Positions 57,704 to 64,000 of a stretch of 64,000 nucleotides of DNA are shown here, one piece after another. Below the pieces are notes generated by a model, which was given only the letters and a program-made list of their open reading frames with translations, had not been told where the DNA came from and ran no database searches. The first letter of the stretch is position 1. Every line of letters begins with the position of its first letter. Made by a program: the position numbers and the translations under genes. Origin of the DNA: an uncultured Chloroflexia bacterium (GTDB lineage: Bacteria; Chloroflexota; Limnocylindria; Limnocylindrales; CSP1-4); NCBI GenBank assembly GCA_963828165.1, contig CAWHDR010000001.1:224001-288000 (forward strand). The letters are read 5' to 3'.

Positions 57704-59605
57704 TCAACGGCGAACGCCGGACAGGGTCACGTGGTCGAACTCGGCCTCGAAGCCCGAGCCGCCCATCGACACCAGTCCGATGCGCGCGTCGCTGCCAAGG
57801 TGATGCGTCCACGTCCCGCCGCGCGTCCAGGTGACGCCGTCGAGGCTCGTATACGCCGTGTATCGCTCGGGGCCGCCGTAGGGCCCGGCGGCGGTATGCG
57901 GCCCTTCGTTTCTCTTCACGATCCGCAGCCACGTCGACTCGCCGGGCGCACCGACGACGGTGTTCCCGTAGCGCGGATAGCCGGCGGGAACGGGGAACAG
58001 CTCCTTCGCGAACTCGGTCTGGCGCGTGTTCCAGATCGAGACGTGTACGAGCTTGGTGAAGTTGTCGTCATCGTCGTAGACCACGAGTCCCGCCTGGACG
58101 AAGTTGAAGCAGCAGCCCTCGGCGGGAACGGTCAGCCGGACCTTGGTTTCGACCACCCAGTCGTCGGCGGTCACGTCGCGCGTCAGGACCGACGCGTTGT
58201 TCGAGCCCTCGAACAGGTCGGCGGCCTGGGTCTCCATCGAGAACTGGCCCCCGCCAACGCCGTAGGTGTCCGCAGCCGGTTCGCGTACCCAGGACCATTC
58301 CGGTCCGAGGCTCGACCCATCGAAGGTCTCGCGCCAGATGGTCGCGCCGGGCCGGTCGTCGCGGACCTTCGGCGCGTGATACGTCGACTTGTCGCCCGGC
58401 TGCGCGGCCGGCGCCTTGACCGGCGTGTCCGAGGCCCAGGCGCCACCGCGAACCGTTGGCCATGCGTCGATCCAGTCGAGGGGATCGAGCAATGCGGGGC
58501 GCTTCGTGAACCCGACGGCTCCCTCGAAATAGGGCTCGTTCACGTCGATGGCGTGATAGATCGTCCACCACTGGCCGGCGAGGTCCTGGAAGACCGTGTT
58601 GTGGCCGGGCCCCACCCAGCGGTTCCCGTTCATGCTGATGACGGGCGTGCCGCCGACCCGTCCGGTCGTGGGGTCGGCTTCGTTCGGGCCCTCGTTGTCA
58701 TTGAGCGAGACACCGTCGCGATCGACGAACGGTCCCGTGGGGCTGGTCGAACGACCGACGAACACGCTGTAGCCCGTCAGCGGGCCTCGGCAGCAATCGG
58801 TGGCCGAGACGAACAGGTAGTAGTGATCGCCATGCCGCTCGACCTCCGCGCCTTCGAACTTGTTCGCGACGGCGACGTTCGTCTGCGTGGCGGGATCCGT
58901 CGTGAGGCCGGTCTCGGCCAGGACGCGGACCGAGATCCCACCGAAATACGAGCCGTAGTAGAGGTAGTCGAGCCCATCGGTCCGGAGGACCTCCGGATCG
59001 AAGACCCAGCGCCGGGAATCGGGGCCGCAGCAATCGGCGCCGTGGGGCTCCACGGCCGGGGCGGCCTGGTGGCTCCAGGGCCCGAGCGGCGTCGGAGCAG
59101 TGGCCACCCCGATCGCGCTGCCGCCCCCGGGCAGCGTCGTGTCGGTGACGGTGTAGTACAGGTGGTACGAGCCGGTCTCCGGGTAATAGGCGATCTCCGG
59201 CGCCCACAGGCCGGCGGTGGCGGTGGCGTATGCGGGCCGTGTCGAGAAGGCATCGCCCTCGTACGTCCAGTTCACGAGGTCGATCGATGACAGCATCGGG
59301 ATCAATCGGAACCGGAAATCGCCGTTCGCCAGCCGATCCTCGTCGTTGAGCGGGTCCGTGGTGCAGTACATGTACCAGCGGCCCTCGCCCTCCTGGCCCT
59401 GGATCACCGTCGGATCGGCGCAGCTCTCGACGATGCCATCACCCGGCACGATCGGCTCGAGCGGATTGCGATACGTGCCGGTGCCGGCTGCCCCGACCGA
59501 CGCCGTCAATGGCGCCACCAGCGAACCTCCAAGCGCGAGGGCCACGAGACGAGCGACCGTCCGCGTCCGGCGCGACCGGATCGATGGATGCAGCACTGTC
59601 ATCAC
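57704..59605 (-). CDS. Secreted GH43 glycoside hydrolase with C-terminal beta-sandwich domain
   Basis: Signal peptide, 'ADP', 'WAPE', 'FDP', 'FEGA', 'GPGHN'. Confidence 0.9.
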   Translation of the reverse strand: MMTVLHPSIRSRRTRTVARLVALALGGSLVAPLTASVGAAGTGTYRNPLEPIVPGDGIVESCADPTVIQGQEGEGRWYMYCTTDPLNDEDRLANGDFRFRLIPMLSSIDLVNWTYEGDAFSTRPAYATATAGLWAPEIAYYPETGSYHLYYTVTDTTLPGGGSAIGVATAPTPLGPWSHQAAPAVEPHGADCCGPDSRRWVFDPEVLRTDGLDYLYYGSYFGGISVRVLAETGLTTDPATQTNVAVANKFEGAEVERHGDHYYLFVSATDCCRGPLTGYSVFVGRSTSPTGPFVDRDGVSLNDNEGPNEADPTTGRVGGTPVISMNGNRWVGPGHNTVFQDLAGQWWTIYHAIDVNEPYFEGAVGFTKRPALLDPLDWIDAWPTVRGGAWASDTPVKAPAAQPGDKSTYHAPKVRDDRPGATIWRETFDGSSLGPEWSWVREPAADTYGVGGGQFSMETQAADLFEGSNNASVLTRDVTADDWVVETKVRLTVPAEGCCFNFVQAGLVVYDDDDNFTKLVHVSIWNTRQTEFAKELFPVPAGYPRYGNTVVGAPGESTWLRIVKRNEGPHTAAGPYGGPERYTAYTSLDGVTWTRGGTWTHHLGSDARIGLVSMGGSGFEAEFDHVTLSGVRR

Positions 59606-59621
59606 GCCTCCTCCTCCGTCG

Positions 59622-60629
59622 TCAGCTCGCGACCGGCGTCCGGTCTTCGATCGGTTCGGGTTCCATCGATTCGATGCCGGCGAGGTCGTACTCGATCCGG
59701 AGCCCGAGGTCCTGGGGGTAGTTGCCGAACTCGCGCCCGAATAGGTTCATGCCCCCGACGTTCTGGGCGTCCGGGCGGACACCGATGCGGATCGTGATCG
59801 GGTCGCTGCGACGCAGCCCGAGGGCGGCGATATCGACGCCGGACAGAGCCAGCCCGTCGATGGACGTCCCGGCCGGGGATACCCGCCAGCGCTTGAGGAC
59901 GCCGAACTGCGAGTCCTTTTCCTCCCACCAGCTCGGGGTGAGCCGTCCGCGGACGCCGCCGAAATCCGCCGGACAGGTCCACTCACCGAGATGGATCCCG
60001 TTGATCCACACGCTGATATCACTCGGCCAGTCGGGGTCGTGGAGGGGTGCCTCGCTGCACACCTCCGCCGTTAGCTGCAGGGACAGGACGTGCGCCCCGG
60101 GCGGGACGCGATTGGGGAACCGGTACTCCACGTAGCCCACACGGAACCAGAGCAGCTGCGCCCGGACCCGGTCGGGCTCGTAGAACGAGTTGGGGTCGTC
60201 GAGATACCCGATCAGGCCGTCCGACGTCGCGAGGCCACAAGTCGGCTCCACGTTGAAATCGGAGTAGCCGCCGATCGGCATCGTGAGCTCGATGGCCTCC
60301 CGCGTGTGGTGCTCCCCACGCGGCAGGTCGATGACCAGTTCGTCGTACGTTCTCGCGCAGACCTTTTGAAGGCCCCGGCTCGCAGGCCGCATCTCCGTAT
60401 GGAGGAGACCAGCCTTCTCCAACACCACGATGTGCATCGTCGCCGTCGACGCGGGCAACCCGAGGTCCGCCGCGATCTGGTTGACCGACACGACCCGGTC
60501 GCCGAGGTATCGCAGGATCGCGATCCGGGTCTCGCTGCCGAGCGCTTTCAGCACGTCGAGTGCCTGGCCATCCGTGCCCGACGCATCAACATGCAGGCTC
60601 TTTCGGGCGATATGGCGCGTGCCGATCAT
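59622..60629 (-). CDS. ArsR-family regulator with large C-terminal domain (carbohydrate-locus type)
   Basis: wHTH 'KALGSETRIAIL...H..VLEKAGL', 'GLQKVC', 'PTCGL', 'CSEAP', 'WPSDI'. Confidence 0.88.
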   Translation of the reverse strand: MIGTRHIARKSLHVDASGTDGQALDVLKALGSETRIAILRYLGDRVVSVNQIAADLGLPASTATMHIVVLEKAGLLHTEMRPASRGLQKVCARTYDELVIDLPRGEHHTREAIELTMPIGGYSDFNVEPTCGLATSDGLIGYLDDPNSFYEPDRVRAQLLWFRVGYVEYRFPNRVPPGAHVLSLQLTAEVCSEAPLHDPDWPSDISVWINGIHLGEWTCPADFGGVRGRLTPSWWEEKDSQFGVLKRWRVSPAGTSIDGLALSGVDIAALGLRRSDPITIRIGVRPDAQNVGGMNLFGREFGNYPQDLGLRIEYDLAGIESMEPEPIEDRTPVAS

Positions 60630-60894
60630 CGCCAGAATGAAGGAGGTTTGGCTGCGGCTGTCATGGCAAGACGATACCGGACGTGTGCAATAGGCAGCCG
60701 GAGCAGTTCGTGATTCGGGGATATTGACGGACCGTGCTACGTTGTGCCGCATCACTCCAGTCAAAGCTGTGGGTAATCACCATGACCTGCATGGCCAACC
60801 CTGGAGTCGACTGCAGCGCCCGGGTTCGACCCAGCCAACGAGCCCGTATCACCTGCGCGCCGCCCCAGGCGGCGCACCCATGGAGGAGTCAACG

Positions 60895-62340
60895 GTGCGC
60901 AAGATCGAAGTCCCCCGTACCCGCCCGCGAAAGACGGGCAATGCTCTGCCGGACAGTATCGGCCGCCTGGCTGCCATCCTCGTGGCCTTGGTCCTCATCG
61001 TCGCTGCCTGTGGCCCGGCTGGGGGCAGCGCGGCTCCCACCACCGGGTCGGTCGCACCGCCAAGCGCGGCGCCGTCCGATGGCGCCGCACCGTCCGGCAG
61101 CGCCGCGGCAGGTGGCCTGGAGCCGCCGGCCACCAAGGTCGACCTCGTGGTCTGGAATCCCTTCACGGGACCAGACGGCGGGTTCTTCAGTGAGATCGTC
61201 GACAAGTTCAATGCCGAGACGCCGAACGTCCAGGTGACGATCGAGACGCAGGTCGGCGCGGAGTACATCGCCAAGCTCGAGGCGGCCGCCGCCGCCAACC
61301 AGCTGCCGCACGTCATCGCCGCCGGGTACGATGCCCTCCCGCTGCTCACTGAAAATGGGATCGTCACGCCGATCGACGACCTTGCCACGCAGGCCGGGCT
61401 GGACGCCTCTGACTTCCCTGAGGCGATCTGGAACGCCGGGCAGTGGAAGGACCAGCGGGTGGGCATCCCGATCGACACCCACACGATGAACTTCTACTAC
61501 AACAAGAAGCTGTTCACGGACGCTGGGCTCGATCCCGAGAAGCCGCCGGCCACCAAGGATGAGTTCGAGGCCGCCATCAAGGCCGTCCAGGACAGCACCG
61601 ACGCCGATGGATACCAGATGGTCGCCAGTGGCCCCGGAGCAAACTTCCTCGTCGGCATCCAGTTCGCGGCACTCTTCTATCAGGGCGGCGGTGAGTGGAC
61701 CAACGCCGACTTCACCGAAGCCACGTTCAACACTGACGCCGGCGTCCAGGCGGCCACGTACCTCAAGCACCTCGTCGACGACCTGGGCGTTCCGAAGGTC
61801 GAGAGCGACGCGGAGATCAACGCTTTTCAGCAGGGCAAGAACGCCATGGTCATGTCGGGCATCTGGGAGACCACCCGGTACAACGACGCCCTCGGCGCCG
61901 ATCTCGGCGTCGCGCCGATCCCGGCGATCTTCGGGGACGGCACGTGGGGCGGCTCGCACAATCTCGCCGTGACCGCCGCGGCAGAGGGCGACCTGCGTCA
62001 GGGCGCCTACTACTTCATCGATTGGTTCTCGCGCAATTCTCTCGACTGGGGCGCAGCCGGCCAGATCCCGGCCCGCAACGAGGTCCGGGAGTCGCCTGAG
62101 TTCCAGAACGCGTCCGGCGAGGGCCTCCTGCCGCTCATCGCGCAGGTCGCGCCGCTGGCCGAGTCCGTGAAGTTCCTGCCGACGATCCCGGGCGGCGGCG
62201 ACATCCTCTTCGTGGCCAATGGGGCTGGTGAGGCGGCGACGTTCGCGATCAACGGGACTGACCCGAAACAGGCGCTCGACGCCGCGGCGACGTTCAACTC
62301 GCAGATCCTCAAGGAGAACAAGACCAAGTACGGGTTCTGA
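60895..62340 (+). CDS. Carbohydrate (CUT1) ABC substrate-binding lipoprotein
   Basis: RBS GGAGGAG, lipobox VAAC, 'WNPFTGPDG', 'YYNKKLF..AG', 'GSHNL', 'GQIPAR'. Confidence 0.92.
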   Translation: MRKIEVPRTRPRKTGNALPDSIGRLAAILVALVLIVAACGPAGGSAAPTTGSVAPPSAAPSDGAAPSGSAAAGGLEPPATKVDLVVWNPFTGPDGGFFSEIVDKFNAETPNVQVTIETQVGAEYIAKLEAAAAANQLPHVIAAGYDALPLLTENGIVTPIDDLATQAGLDASDFPEAIWNAGQWKDQRVGIPIDTHTMNFYYNKKLFTDAGLDPEKPPATKDEFEAAIKAVQDSTDADGYQMVASGPGANFLVGIQFAALFYQGGGEWTNADFTEATFNTDAGVQAATYLKHLVDDLGVPKVESDAEINAFQQGKNAMVMSGIWETTRYNDALGADLGVAPIPAIFGDGTWGGSHNLAVTAAAEGDLRQGAYYFIDWFSRNSLDWGAAGQIPARNEVRESPEFQNASGEGLLPLIAQVAPLAESVKFLPTIPGGGDILFVANGAGEAATFAINGTDPKQALDAAATFNSQILKENKTKYGF

Positions 62341-62354
62341 CCCGGCGGTCGCAG

Positions 62355-62391
62355 GGGCGATCCGCGGCGGCTCCGGCTGCGCGGATCGCCC
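62355..62391. terminator. Intercistronic stem-loop after substrate-binding protein gene
   Basis: GGGCGATCCGCG-N13-CGCGGATCGCCC. Confidence 0.55.
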
Positions 62392-62418
62392 GCAACCACC
62401 TGACGCTGGAGTGACGCG

Positions 62419-63402
62419 ATGACCGACGCAAGCGTGGGGGCCGTCCACCGGACGAAGGACCAGGGCCGTCGCTCGTTCGGGCGATCCAAACGCAAGGACG
62501 TCCGCCGGCGCATTGGCGAGAAGCCGTGGACGCCGTACCTGTTCATCGCGCCGCACTTCATCATCTTCGCGATCTTCATCCTGTATCCGTTCTTCCTGGG
62601 CATCTGGATCAGCCTGCACGACTCGTCCTCGCTCCGCGACGGGCCGTTCGTGGGGTTCAACAACTACCTCAAGGTGCTCGATCCCTCGAGCATCCATTTC
62701 CCGCGCTTCTGGAACACCGTCTGGAACACGATCCTGTTCGTACTGATGAGTGTTCCGTTGCTCATCGGCGTCGGGTTGCTGCTCGCCACGCTCCTGAACC
62801 AGAAGCTCCGTGGCCGGAACGTGTTCCGGGCCATCTACTTCGTCCCGTGGACGCTTTCCGTCGCCGTCGTCGGCCTGACCTGGTGGTGGGTCTTCAACAG
62901 CAACGCGGGGTTCGTGCCACTGCTGCTCGAGTCCTGGTTCGGTGGCAGCCCCAACTTCCTCGCGTCCAATCCGTGGGCCTGGTTCACGATCAACATCGCC
63001 ACGCTGTGGTGGACGATCGGCTTCAACACGATCATCTTCCTCGCGGGCATGCAGGCGATCTCCGCGGACCTCTACGAGGCGGCGTCCGTGGATGGGGCCA
63101 ATCGCTGGCAGCAATTCCGCTCCATCACCCTGCCCAGTCTCCGTCCCATCCTGCTGCTCGTCGTGACCCTCCAGATCCTGGCCTCGTTCCAGCTCGTCGG
63201 GCAGCCCCAGATCATCACCGGCGGGGGGCCACCGAGCGCCCTCGGTGGCGAGACGGCCCCAGTGCTTCTGCACATCTACCAGACCGGCTTCGAGGGCCGG
63301 CGCGAGCTCAGCTTCGCCGCCGCCATGGCGCTCATCGTGGCCGCGATGATGGTGGTGGTCAGCGTCATCAACTTCCGCCTGTTCAGCTCAGAGCGGTCGT
63401 AG
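62419..63402 (+). CDS. Carbohydrate ABC permease (MalF-like)
   Basis: 'FVGFNNY', EAA loop 'LYEAASVDGA..WQQF..ITLP'. Confidence 0.95.
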   Translation: MTDASVGAVHRTKDQGRRSFGRSKRKDVRRRIGEKPWTPYLFIAPHFIIFAIFILYPFFLGIWISLHDSSSLRDGPFVGFNNYLKVLDPSSIHFPRFWNTVWNTILFVLMSVPLLIGVGLLLATLLNQKLRGRNVFRAIYFVPWTLSVAVVGLTWWWVFNSNAGFVPLLLESWFGGSPNFLASNPWAWFTINIATLWWTIGFNTIIFLAGMQAISADLYEAASVDGANRWQQFRSITLPSLRPILLLVVTLQILASFQLVGQPQIITGGGPPSALGGETAPVLLHIYQTGFEGRRELSFAAAMALIVAAMMVVVSVINFRLFSSERS

Positions 63403-63412
63403 GAGGGATGCC

Positions 63413-64000
63413 ATGACCAGTGCCCTCGAACGCGGCCTCGCGCACGACGAACCCACCGAGCTGAGGGTCGTCGGCCGACGGCGCACCCGAGGCGGATCCA
63501 GGATCCTCCTGATCGCCAGCCTCGTCGCGATCGCGATCTTCTTCATCTTGCCGCTGGTCCTCGTGCTGTCCGCGTCACTCAAGTTCCAGGCCGAGGTCTT
63601 CACGGACACGGGGTTCATCCCGGCAGACCCCGGCCTCGAGAACTACGAGGCCCTGTTCGGCGGGAACGCCGAGTTCGGAAGCTGGTTCATCAACAGCGCC
63701 ATCGTGGCGACGGTCGGGACCGTGCTCGTGCTGATCCTCACGTCGCTCTCGGCATACGCGTTCGCGCGCATCGACTTCCCCGGCAAGGGCCCCCTGTTCG
63801 GGTTGCTCATCGTCACGCTGCTGCTGCCGGGCGTGATGTTCCTCGTCCCGCAGGTGAAGATCATCGGGGCGCTGGGCCTGTACGACACGCTGCCGGCCAT
63901 GTTCCTGCCCGGACTCGCCGGGGTCTTCGGGCTGTTCTTCATGCGCCAATTCTTCCTGGGGCTGCCGCTCGAGTTGGAGGAGGCCGCCTACGTCGATGGC
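63413..64000 (+). CDS. Carbohydrate ABC permease (MalG-like), 3' truncated by window edge
   Basis: ATG after GGAGGG; 'NS', 'AYAFAR', 'MRQFF..LP.ELEEAAYVDG'. Confidence 0.92.
   Translation, partial: MTSALERGLAHDEPTELRVVGRRRTRGGSRILLIASLVAIAIFFILPLVLVLSASLKFQAEVFTDTGFIPADPGLENYEALFGGNAEFGSWFINSAIVATVGTVLVLILTSLSAYAFARIDFPGKGPLFGLLIVTLLLPGVMFLVPQVKIIGALGLYDTLPAMFLPGLAGVFGLFFMRQFFLGLPLELEEAAYVDG

Overview
High-GC bacterial window with no rRNA, tRNA, CRISPR array or transposase seen. The Ala/Pro/Ser-linker lipoproteins and gene content suggest Chloroflexota or Actinomycetota, which is an inference only. (1) Positions ~1-42,100 form one sugar-catabolic island. It holds three CUT2 monosaccharide ABC transporters (the first rhamnose-type), two L-rhamnose-mutarotase-family genes (one a tandem double-domain), an L-fucose/L-arabinose isomerase-like gene, many oxidoreductases, a lactonase, three enolase-superfamily enzymes, an orphan TPP E1 alpha/beta pair, a family III CoA-transferase and a LacI repressor. 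A shared operator-like motif recurs at most of its promoter regions. Embedded in it are a four-component corrinoid methyl-transfer module (MtaA-like methyltransferase, corrinoid protein, pterin-binding methyltransferase, ASKHA activator), a cytochrome P450 and a MetE-fold zinc protein. My best hypothesis is an undescribed pathway that imports, demethylates and oxidises methylated (deoxy)sugars. (2) Positions ~42,200-56,500 are an accessory patchwork: membrane proteins, TetR/MDR pair, two gene remnants, an MFS/SigG-type ECF/STAS module with paired ECF promoter motifs, and a poly-HAMP histidine kinase. (3) Positions ~56,600-64,000 are a GH43/galT/ArsR/CUT1 ABC oligosaccharide locus. Three genes carry apparent +1 frameshifts in a similar GTGCCG context, probably sequencing errors. 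All functional calls come from motif recognition by eye; no database search was run.
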